Assembly: GCA_003645385.1 (NCBI GenBank)
Contig: QNEY01000001.1
Location: 1 to 53,406, forward strand
DNA from: Gammaproteobacteria bacterium
GTDB lineage: Bacteria > Pseudomonadota > Gammaproteobacteria > Nitrosococcales > Methylophagaceae
Reading direction: 5' to 3'
Length of the DNA stretch: 53,406 nt
Below, one piece after another: positions 41,443 through 49,732 of the stretch. The notes under the pieces are model-generated. The model was not told where the DNA came from. It worked only from the letters and a program-made list of their open reading frames with translations, and did no database searches. A program made the position numbers and the translations under genes. Within the stretch, counting starts at the first letter, position 1; every line of letters begins with the position of its first letter.

Positions 41443-43462
41443 CAATTTTCCATTTCTGCATATTTGTATATGCTCTTTTCACGATCTCTGGAACATCCCA
41501 GTCAACTGCTGATAATATCCCGTCACCACAATCACCAATTTCACCATCCCAATTATGCCATGCTGCCATTCTTTCATTTCTTGCATTGTCATCACCATCA
41601 CGCTTCAAATAAAAATCATGTTTTGCTTGCATGATCTGCTTTGGCAGACAATGACCAAGATGATAAATTCGTGCTTCAGGAATAAGCAACGCTTCTTTTT
41701 CTCTGATGCTGTGCAATCGTTTGTGATTAGCATCAACCATTGTTGGATGTTCTTTGAAGTGATATGACTTTCTTAAATACGACCAACGATAATGCGGACA
41801 TGCAGAACCGCCATCTTGAAGTGGCAATCCCCAACGCCATGATCTTTTTAGCTTCGGATCGTCATGCACATATTGCTTCAGATTGTGCCAGAAATTAATC
41901 CATCTAGGACATCCGAAATCAATATCTGCTTCAATCCATTTGTCAAGACCAGTCCAGATTTCATCACCGTCAAGCAAGATGTGATAATTGCCCGACATCT
42001 GATCAAGACACCAGTTCCGCATTTGACGTTTATCATTCCATACTTTTTCAAGCATGATGATTTTATTATCGGGATCTGGAAAGTTTTTAATTCTTTCAAG
42101 TGATCCATCGTCAATATTCTGTGCATGATATGTCTTGCCATAAGCAATGACAATTTCATCAACGTATGGATAAATACTTTCTAATGATTCAGAGCAAACG
42201 CCCCAATATGCAAGCAACTGTGCTGAAATCTTTTTCTTTTTGATTGTGTGAAATCTCAAATCCTCAACAGATGATTTCATTGCTTCCATGCCAAATGTTT
42301 CAGCTTCTTTTTCTGGTTCAATCAAATTAGCATACGTTTCTTTTTCTTTGACAACCGTGTTGACAAGTTCTTTGTATGCTTCACGGTCATTCCATTTTGC
42401 ATATGATATTCTACTGCCATACACTTCATGCAATACGGGCAGATCATACACAACAACTGGTGTGCCACAAGCGAGTGCTTCCATCGGCACCATGCCACAT
42501 CCTTCAAATAAACTTGGAGCAAGAACAATGTCAGCATTCAGATAATATTGATACTTTGTTACATCGTTGATTTGCTCCAATATTTTATACTTATGTTTTG
42601 CAGTGTCAGCTGGAACTTTCTTTGGCTGACCGATCATCATAAGATCCATATCACAATCAAGTGCTGCGATTGCTTCAAGAGCAACGTCACCGCCTTTATA
42701 TTTTGGTCCACGTGCTGACCAAACCGCATACGGTCGCAAATACGGACTGTCAAGTTTCTTTGCTTCTTCAAGCGCAAACGTATTAACGGCTGGAAGTAAA
42801 ACACCAATCTCAGAAACGTCACGATTGACAAACTTTGCAAGATACTTTGCTGACTCTTTTGAATTTGCGATTAAGTAATCAGCTTGAGTGAACAATCCTG
42901 ATCTGATATTTAATTGTTTTGCATAGTCTGGGCAAAATTCAGCCACCCAGTTTGGTGTTTCAAAGTTAAATATAACAAGCGGTATGTGTGGATTATCTTT
43001 CTTCCACTGAAAAGCTGCCCGACCAATTGTGCTTTTTGTATCAGTCACATACATATCAAGATCCATTGGAATTTCATCCGAGTTCCATATTCTGATCTTC
43101 AGATTTTCGTACTTCGGATAATCATTCATCCAAAGCGGATATCTGTCTGTAACAACATACACTTCAGCACCAAGTTCAGCCAGATTCAAAGCATATTGAT
43201 AAAGATGCAATCTGCCACCAGAATACCATGGGCTTGTTTCTATGAAAATGCCAATTCTTTTTATTCTTGTATTCACGCCAGCTGGCTTTCCAATTCTGCC
43301 ATGACTTTTATGTGACAATCTTCTGTGACCAATCTTTCCTTCTTTCAGCATTCTTTCAGCATCAGACCGAAGCATGACTTTGATTAGATCGCCAGAATTG
43401 ATGGTGACTTTATCGCCATTACTATTAATTACATCTTGCTTTATCAACGATCTGTAATACAT
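41432..43462 (-). CDS. Two-domain glycosyltransferase (GT-B/GT4-like plus GT-A-like)
   Basis: GT4 signature PSLFEGCGMVPMEALACGTPVVVYD in the first ~400 aa. The C-terminal ~260 aa carry YHILLDGDEIW (DxD-type) and DEIVIAYGKT. Confidence 0.75.
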   Translation of the reverse strand: MYYRSLIKQDVINSNGDKVTINSGDLIKVMLRSDAERMLKEGKIGHRRLSHKSHGRIGKPAGVNTRIKRIGIFIETSPWYSGGRLHLYQYALNLAELGAEVYVVTDRYPLWMNDYPKYENLKIRIWNSDEIPMDLDMYVTDTKSTIGRAAFQWKKDNPHIPLVIFNFETPNWVAEFCPDYAKQLNIRSGLFTQADYLIANSKESAKYLAKFVNRDVSEIGVLLPAVNTFALEEAKKLDSPYLRPYAVWSARGPKYKGGDVALEAIAALDCDMDLMMIGQPKKVPADTAKHKYKILEQINDVTKYQYYLNADIVLAPSLFEGCGMVPMEALACGTPVVVYDLPVLHEVYGSRISYAKWNDREAYKELVNTVVKEKETYANLIEPEKEAETFGMEAMKSSVEDLRFHTIKKKKISAQLLAYWGVCSESLESIYPYVDEIVIAYGKTYHAQNIDDGSLERIKNFPDPDNKIIMLEKVWNDKRQMRNWCLDQMSGNYHILLDGDEIWTGLDKWIEADIDFGCPRWINFWHNLKQYVHDDPKLKRSWRWGLPLQDGGSACPHYRWSYLRKSYHFKEHPTMVDANHKRLHSIREKEALLIPEARIYHLGHCLPKQIMQAKHDFYLKRDGDDNARNERMAAWHNWDGEIGDCGDGILSAVDWDVPEIVKRAYTNMQKWKIDVS

Positions 43463-44206
43463 CTATTGATCCTTATCCTTGTCAGCAACTTCAATTGATG
43501 ATCTTGATACAAAATTAAGATCAAATAATTCAATGACTCTGAATGAAGCAGAATCACCAAACAATTCAACTTTTGCACGATTATCTTTTAATAATACAAT
43601 GATCTTTCCGTCAAAGTTTTTGCCGTTGAACATTGTCTTGACCAGATCGCCTTCTTCAAGTTCTTCAGAATCGGGATCTGATTCAAGTGGAACACCTTTC
43701 AAGACTTTTCTGGCAAGATGACAGCCAAGAATGAAACTGACTTTTCTTTGCTTCATCAATGATTTAATTTGCTTTTCGATCTTTGATGGGTTTTCATTGA
43801 AGTCAAATGAAATCAACATGACATGTTCTGCTTCTGTCAAAACTTTATACCGATCTTTGACTTTCAGCAAAGCATGTTCAATTGTCAGTTTGTCATCACC
43901 AGAATTTGGCTTTGGTGCAATGTAATTCATCAGCATTGCATAAACAGAGTTTGCTGGCATTCCTAAAAGATCAGCTGTTTCTTTGATGATTTCTTTGTTG
44001 TTGTCATAGATTAAATCGCCTTTGGTTTTCTCACTTCCCATAGGCAATACAGCTTTCAGCTTGATCTTGCCAGCTTTGATCTTCTTTTCTTTTAGCAATT
44101 TCTCAAGTTCAGGACGTTGCCTAATATCAAAATGTGATCCTTTTGAAATCTTCACTCTGACATCATTCTGCATTCTTTCAAAATCTTTTAGTGCGGTCAC
44201 GATCAT
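43463..44206 (-). CDS. Hypothetical protein heading the glyco-cassette
   Basis: ATG at 44206 follows GGAGGA; the track start at 44248 is a GTG. The C-terminus GDLVKTMFNGKNFDGKIIVLLKDNRAKVEL looks like a small beta-barrel (Tudor/SH3-like). Confidence 0.5.
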   Translation of the reverse strand: MIVTALKDFERMQNDVRVKISKGSHFDIRQRPELEKLLKEKKIKAGKIKLKAVLPMGSEKTKGDLIYDNNKEIIKETADLLGMPANSVYAMLMNYIAPKPNSGDDKLTIEHALLKVKDRYKVLTEAEHVMLISFDFNENPSKIEKQIKSLMKQRKVSFILGCHLARKVLKGVPLESDPDSEELEEGDLVKTMFNGKNFDGKIIVLLKDNRAKVELFGDSASFRVIELFDLNFVSRSSIEVADKDKDQ

Positions 44207-44283
44207 TTCATATCCTCCGGTTTTATAAAAAATTTCAATCTGATTCACTTCAATAAATGAAACTGACAGAAAGTTTTTTAATA

Positions 44284-44319
44284 GGTGGTGCAGAGTTGAA
44301 AGATAAACTCCACACCACC
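44284..44319 (-). other. Stem-loop downstream of the capsid gene
   Basis: GGTGGTG (44284..44290) pairs with CACCACC (44313..44319), and GAGTT with AACTC across a 2-nt bulge. No U-tract follows on the transcribed strand, so it may be an attenuator or stabiliser rather than a strict terminator. Confidence 0.3.
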
Positions 44320-44345
44320 CACGCCCTTACCAAGAGAATAATATT

Positions 44346-45764
44346 TTAACTTCCTTGACCAACTAAAATACTGAATGCACGTTCAAACATAGGCTGTCCA
44401 CCAGCAAGACCGTCAACACGGTAAGCAATGGCACCTTTTTTAAACTCTGCATGTTCACTTCGAGCAATTGCAACTTCTTCTTCAAGGACAAACCAGTAAT
44501 TCATCAGGTTGCCGAAGATGATGTCACCAACTGTTCCGAGTGCAGAACAATTATGACTTATGAAGTATGGATGATTATCCAAACGATCATAAGGACCAGA
44601 TCCCACTGAATTGGAGAATAAAGGATCTCCGTTGGTATCTTTTTGCTTTTTCAAATACTTCAGAACCAAGTCAGCCATGATAAAGCCAGCACCGTTACGG
44701 TGAGCAGCTTTGACTTCGTGTTCCAGATTGATCAGATCATCATACACAACTTGCAAGTTTGTTTGACGACCGACGGTTCTGATTCCAGCCATGACAGTTA
44801 TGCCAAGAGGCTGTGCAACTCCTGAACCTGACATGATTGCTTGATCAAACTTGGCGATCAATGCAGCACGCAATTTTGAAACAAGTTCATTTTCAAAAGG
44901 TAACCGTGAACGCATCAGCAAAGTTTTGGTGAAACTTGTGTATGCTTTCAGAGGATAGCAATTGATTGTGACACGTTCAAAATCAATTTCAGTATCAGGA
45001 GCATCTGATTTTTCATCAGTCCATTCAACTGCAATACCACCAAATTCATTGCTGTCATCTTGCTCAAGTTTTGTTTCAACAAGTGAGCCGCCGACAGTGG
45101 TCTTTTTGTTTACTCGCATATACAGACTCGGTTCATCAAATGGCAACTGAAGGATCTGATTGCCGTAATCGGGCCATACTAAGTTAGCACGACCACCGGC
45201 TGCATCATTGTCTGTTGAAGCCATCGGAAGTGCCTTGCCACCAAACGGCATACCGGGCAACATTCTACGAAGTAAAGAATGCGGAATGACAGCTTGAAAT
45301 CCACCACCCTGTTTGTTGCCGATGTCACGAATTGCAGCAGATTTCGGAGTCAAGATGTTCAGTTCTTGATCTTTCATGTTCCGTTCGCCGTTCTTCATAA
45401 AATTGAAAAACGCTTCACCCTGCAAATGCTCGTGCTTTTCTTGTGAAGTATTATCAAAGACTTTGACATCATCAACTTTCTTGCCAGCAAGTGCAGCTTC
45501 ATCGGGAATAACAACTTTCTTGAAATCAGCAGCTTTTGCAAGTAGCAGATCAACATTTTTCTGTTCTTCCGCTTCTTTAATTGCTTCGGTAAGTTCATCA
45601 GAAATACTTTTGACTTCTGCATGTGCAGTGTCATAGGCTTTCTGGGCAATTTCAATGTCAGCTTCAACTTCTTTTTCCGTTGCGTCTGCAACAGCAACTT
45701 TCATTGCTTTCATTGTTTCAACAGCTTTTTGCAGCTTTGCTTGGAGTTCTTTTAACTTATTCAA
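44346..45764 (-). CDS. Major capsid protein, HK97 fold, with N-terminal coiled-coil delta-like region
   Basis: 472 aa after the protease gene. N-terminal ~100 aa are helical (NKLKELQAKLQKAVETMKAMK...). Apparent TTG start lies 6 nt after AGGAGA. Confidence 0.85.
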   Translation of the reverse strand: MNKLKELQAKLQKAVETMKAMKVAVADATEKEVEADIEIAQKAYDTAHAEVKSISDELTEAIKEAEEQKNVDLLLAKAADFKKVVIPDEAALAGKKVDDVKVFDNTSQEKHEHLQGEAFFNFMKNGERNMKDQELNILTPKSAAIRDIGNKQGGGFQAVIPHSLLRRMLPGMPFGGKALPMASTDNDAAGGRANLVWPDYGNQILQLPFDEPSLYMRVNKKTTVGGSLVETKLEQDDSNEFGGIAVEWTDEKSDAPDTEIDFERVTINCYPLKAYTSFTKTLLMRSRLPFENELVSKLRAALIAKFDQAIMSGSGVAQPLGITVMAGIRTVGRQTNLQVVYDDLINLEHEVKAAHRNGAGFIMADLVLKYLKKQKDTNGDPLFSNSVGSGPYDRLDNHPYFISHNCSALGTVGDIIFGNLMNYWFVLEEEVAIARSEHAEFKKGAIAYRVDGLAGGQPMFERAFSILVGQGS

Positions 45765-45774
45765 TGTAATTCTC

Positions 45775-46836
45775 CTATAAGTTTACGATTTTGGAAGCAA
45801 GCTCTGCCGATAGAGCTTGATACTTCACAATATCTTCATCCATCGAGTGAACATCAACAGTGGCAACTGTTTTGTCCGGCTCAATATTCGGATCTTCAAT
45901 TGTGTCATCTTCATCATCCGCATCATCACGACTGTTGCCTGACAGTGTGACATCAGATGACAAGACTTTTATTTCAACACTGATAATTTTCGCTTCAGTG
46001 ATTTCATATTCATCATTCGTTTTGATTACATCAAACAGAATATTTGTGCAGCATTTTTCAATATCATCAGTCACTTCAATGTCAACTGGAATCTTGCCAG
46101 ATGCTCCACGCTCTTTGATCGACTTTGTGAAAGCTGAATCAGCAACTTTGAAAGTTTCAACAAAGACATTTTCATAATAGACACCAACGCCATCGTCATT
46201 GATCTTCAGCTTGAAAAGTGGTTCTTCTTTTTCTTCAGTCTTTTCAACTTTGTCACTGAACAATGCAGCCATGACATCTTTCATCAGAATTTTGCTTTGA
46301 ACTGACTTGCTTAATGCTTCAGCATTTGCTGGAACTGGAACAGCAGACACTTCAACAATTTCAGCTTTTGTGATGTCATAGCCAAGGATTTCTTTATAGC
46401 CATATTCATTTTCTTTTTCGGCTCTGATTTCTTCCCACTCTAAAGGGATGAAGCCAATTGACCAAGCACGCATATATTTCTTTTTGTAAAGTTCCCAAAC
46501 TTCACGAGCAAGTTCAGTTTCTTCATGGAACTGCACAGTCAATTCAGTTTTGTTTTTGAACACTCTGACATTCAATGCTCTTGCAATGGGTGGTATGCTG
46601 TGATCATGTGCCCAGAGCATGACAGGATTTTTTAAGAAAGCATCCCAGATCAAACCATCTGAACGAACATTATCACCATCACGATCTTTGCTCGAAGTTG
46701 TTGCAATGATCTTCATTGTCCGATCTTTTTCGTTGATCGAAATGATGTCATAGTTGACAACATGCAGCATTTTTTCACCCTTGACAATCTCTTTGACATT
46801 AAGATTTGGGATTTTATCTTCTGCTTTTGGTGGCAT
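45775..46836 (-). CDS. Prohead protease (HK97/S78 family) with long acidic C-terminal extension
   Basis: MLWAHDHSIPPIARAL, AWSIGFIP and VEVSAVPVPANAEA match the S78 protease pattern. About 160 extra C-terminal residues include DDADDEDDTIED. Confidence 0.8.
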   Translation of the reverse strand: MPPKAEDKIPNLNVKEIVKGEKMLHVVNYDIISINEKDRTMKIIATTSSKDRDGDNVRSDGLIWDAFLKNPVMLWAHDHSIPPIARALNVRVFKNKTELTVQFHEETELAREVWELYKKKYMRAWSIGFIPLEWEEIRAEKENEYGYKEILGYDITKAEIVEVSAVPVPANAEALSKSVQSKILMKDVMAALFSDKVEKTEEKEEPLFKLKINDDGVGVYYENVFVETFKVADSAFTKSIKERGASGKIPVDIEVTDDIEKCCTNILFDVIKTNDEYEITEAKIISVEIKVLSSDVTLSGNSRDDADDEDDTIEDPNIEPDKTVATVDVHSMDEDIVKYQALSAELASKIVNL

Positions 46837-46864
46837 AATACTTTCTCCTGAAATACTCTATTTT

Positions 46865-47023
46865 TTATTTATCTTCTTTGTATGTGTTGTCAGTAATTTC
46901 TTCACCAGTTATTTTGTCAACATATTTGACTGTGCCTTCAAGACCATTCTTTCCTTCAGTATACACCAGTTCAACATCTTTGATCTTATCGTCTGGAATA
47001 TAAGGTGGTGGCTGTAATCCCAT
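46865..47023 (-). CDS. Hypothetical 52-aa protein (below ORF-track cutoff)
   Basis: Read by hand: MGLQPPPYIPDDKIKDVELVYTEGKNGLEGTVKYVDKITGEEITDNTYKEDK. The ATG overlaps the MuF stop (TAATG). Confidence 0.4.
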   Translation of the reverse strand: MGLQPPPYIPDDKIKDVELVYTEGKNGLEGTVKYVDKITGEEITDNTYKEDK

Positions 47024-48651
47024 TATTTGACTCCTAACATATCTTCAATGATTTCTTCAATTCCTCTTGGTAATGTTGCAATTTTATATGATGGATTTGT
47101 ATATTTCACCAATGCTTCAGCAATTGTTTCTTTGTGGTTTGTTGCTGCATATTGACTAATGTTTTCTTGTGTCCATTTTTTTCCCCATAGCCATTGATTG
47201 TTTGCTGCCATATCTCCAATTGCTGCAATGTGTTTTTCCAGTGTCAAATGATGTGCCAGTTCATGCCTCATTGATGATCTGACCATTTCATTGTATGATT
47301 CATCTGCATACACTCTATATCCTAATACTGATTCTTGTTTTTTTATTCTGTCAATTAGTGCTTCTGAAAAATCATTCATGGAAGTCAATTTTAATTTTAC
47401 ATCAGGATGTAATTCTTTCCAACGTCCAATATTTGCCATACCGCCAGATGACGATGTGTTGTATAGAATGTCAATGTCAACTTTCATGTTCGGGAACTTT
47501 TCACGCAAATCAGAAAAACCAAGATTCATGCTGTTCATGTTCTTCAGCTTTTCTTCTTCGGTTTTCCACTTCTTGCCCCATGATTGCCATTGTCTGCCAG
47601 CAGAATCTTTGACTTCTTTCACATAATGCAGTTCAGCCCAATCAACAGCTTCTTTCAATGTTTCTTTCGGAGTATATGCAGCAAATTCTGCTGGTATGAT
47701 CTCACCAGTGACCGCTGGAGCAACTTGCTCTGATACAATGACTGGTTCTGCAACTGATGCTGGTGGAAGCGGTGCAGGTGCAGCTGGCTTCACAGGTTGT
47801 GTGCTGACAGTAGGTTGATCAACAACAACACTTGCAGCTTCAAGAACTGGAAGCAATGTGCAAGCACAATACGGATGCAAAGGTGGGTGCTGAATCGGTG
47901 TGCTTGTTGTATAATTTTCAATCGTTTCACCTGATTCAAGAAATGCTCTGCCTGTTTTGACTTTAATTCCATCCATTGCTGTGCAAGCTGCACAAACTCG
48001 ATCATCTTTTGCTGTTAACCATTCAAGCACTTCAACGCCAATTGATTGATAGTTTGCCATAGTGCCATGATTGAAAGCCCAGTTTGTTTCAGTCACTGCA
48101 ATCATCTTTGCACGTTGTGCAGTGTATACTGGGTCGAGCTTTTTAATTTGCTTTGCAATCCATGCTGCTGATCTGCCTTGTCCAGTTGTTGGATCGACAT
48201 AATTATATGCTTGATCGTAGACTTTCTGTATTTTAGTTGCGTTTGTTTTTGTAACTTTAGAAACACCAAGCTCAGGATCTTTCAATCTGTTTTCTAAATC
48301 TTGGCGAGTTCCTTCAAGAATAAAGCTGCTTGGCTCTGTGCCGACAAGTTTGATTGATTTCATACCGAGTTCTTCAGTTGCTTGATCGTATCCTTCTGCC
48401 ATAACAAATGTCAGTCTTGAATATTCAACGTCATACAGATCAGAAGCCCATCGTGTTTGATAGTCAACTGGAAGTGGAGTCAAACCTTTTCTTGCTCGTG
48501 TTGCTGATTCTTTTACTTGACGATCAAACAAACGCTTGATTGCTTTTTGCATTTGATGCCACAGCTTTTTGACTTTAATATCACGAATAAGAACAAGTGG
48601 ATTGTTCCTCATTTTCTGTGATAGTCTATTCCTAGTCATAGTTGCTGGCAT
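47023..48651 (-). CDS. MuF / SPP1 gp7-like minor head protein fused to a C-terminal HExxH domain
   Basis: MuF motifs TAKDDRVCAACTAMDG and HPPLHPYCACTL. P/A/V-rich linker at residues ~271..320. C-terminal domain has HELAH (47251..47265) with KETIAEAL downstream. Confidence 0.8.
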   Translation of the reverse strand: MPATMTRNRLSQKMRNNPLVLIRDIKVKKLWHQMQKAIKRLFDRQVKESATRARKGLTPLPVDYQTRWASDLYDVEYSRLTFVMAEGYDQATEELGMKSIKLVGTEPSSFILEGTRQDLENRLKDPELGVSKVTKTNATKIQKVYDQAYNYVDPTTGQGRSAAWIAKQIKKLDPVYTAQRAKMIAVTETNWAFNHGTMANYQSIGVEVLEWLTAKDDRVCAACTAMDGIKVKTGRAFLESGETIENYTTSTPIQHPPLHPYCACTLLPVLEAASVVVDQPTVSTQPVKPAAPAPLPPASVAEPVIVSEQVAPAVTGEIIPAEFAAYTPKETLKEAVDWAELHYVKEVKDSAGRQWQSWGKKWKTEEEKLKNMNSMNLGFSDLREKFPNMKVDIDILYNTSSSGGMANIGRWKELHPDVKLKLTSMNDFSEALIDRIKKQESVLGYRVYADESYNEMVRSSMRHELAHHLTLEKHIAAIGDMAANNQWLWGKKWTQENISQYAATNHKETIAEALVKYTNPSYKIATLPRGIEEIIEDMLGVK

Positions 48652-48679
48652 TATTTTATCCGTTCAGTTTTATTTTATT

Positions 48680-49456
48680 TTACAGTTCCTCAACACTAAC
48701 ATCTCCAATATACATCTTTGAATCCACTGCTGAACCAATATGCCACATGGCACTATAAACACCATTGAGACTCGGACCAGGAAAGATATTTGGACCTCCG
48801 CCATTTCTTTGATCGACTGTTTTTGGTGCTAAAAGATACCGACCAGCACCATCAATTTCTTTGATGAAAAATGTAATTGCCGTTCCAATGTAATCAAATA
48901 CAACTTCAAAATCTATATCGTTGATACTTGAATGCAATGGAAAATCTATGTGATTGAAATCAGCACTGGCAGCAAGTGCCATTCTATCACCATACACGGC
49001 TCCCGGACCCTTAGGAGTCATTTTAATACTTGATAGATTCCAATTATAATTTCCTGATAAATTCATTTCAAAGGTGAACTTATTTACAACAGCATCGTCA
49101 CTGTATGAAGTCAGTCTAATTATGCAACCATTTGCACAGTTTTCAAAATTAGCCATCTTCCACAGGAACCGAAATCGTTTACTGCCTCTTGGATTACCAG
49201 CAACAGCAACCCCCGGAGTTGCTGTAAAGTATCCATTTGGATTTGTCAATACTCCATCCATGTCAAACCACATAATGTCATTATTGAACTTTCTTGATGT
49301 TGGAATGCTCGTTTCATCTGTTAGCACATTCAGTTGATTACCTTCAAATGTTTCATGCACAAGATAAACTATAGGAGCAGAGCCACCAGCACGCAAGATA
49401 GATGATCTTGGTGTTAGTTGTCTTGGATTTAATGGGTTTTGTCTTTTAATCGGCAT
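48680..49456 (-). CDS. Hypothetical head-module protein
   Basis: 258-aa ORF between the portal and MuF genes. Beta-rich. No motif recognised. Confidence 0.5.
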   Translation of the reverse strand: MPIKRQNPLNPRQLTPRSSILRAGGSAPIVYLVHETFEGNQLNVLTDETSIPTSRKFNNDIMWFDMDGVLTNPNGYFTATPGVAVAGNPRGSKRFRFLWKMANFENCANGCIIRLTSYSDDAVVNKFTFEMNLSGNYNWNLSSIKMTPKGPGAVYGDRMALAASADFNHIDFPLHSSINDIDFEVVFDYIGTAITFFIKEIDGAGRYLLAPKTVDQRNGGGPNIFPGPSLNGVYSAMWHIGSAVDSKMYIGDVSVEEL

Positions 49457-49467
49457 ATCAATTTATC

Positions 49468-49710
49468 CTACCAGTATGCAACAGTTGCAATTGTGTCAGG
49501 TGCTGTGCCTTTGAAATAGATGTCTGCTTCCATTGCAAAGATGTCAATGCTTGCACCTGCTTCAAGTTTAATATCCTGTGATGCTGAATCACCAACAAAG
49601 ATTGATGCACCGTTTGCAAGATTCGCAACAATTGTGACTCGTGAAGTGTTCTTTTCTCCAATAGCAGCTGCACTTGCTGCTGCAACAATGGTTTTTGTTT
49701 TGAATGACAT
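49468..49710 (-). CDS. Hypothetical small head-module protein
   Basis: 80-aa ORF with an AAGGAT SD. Confidence 0.5.
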   Translation of the reverse strand: MSFKTKTIVAAASAAAIGEKNTSRVTIVANLANGASIFVGDSASQDIKLEAGASIDIFAMEADIYFKGTAPDTIATVAYW

Positions 49711-49732
49711 TTTTAATTATCCTTTATACAAG

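Noticed and set aside
41119-41634. 171-aa plus-strand ORF across the GT29-like / large GT junction
   Set aside because: It is antisense to two well-supported enzyme genes, has no SD, and its product is His/Phe-rich without motifs.
42914-43315. 133-aa plus-strand ORF inside the large glycosyltransferase gene
   Set aside because: Shadow ORF opposite a gene with clear GT4 motifs.
44284-44319. Calling the post-capsid hairpin a rho-independent terminator
   Set aside because: The transcribed (minus) strand has TATTAAAAAAC after the stem, not a U-run. The T-run lies on the wrong side, so it is reported only as a hairpin.
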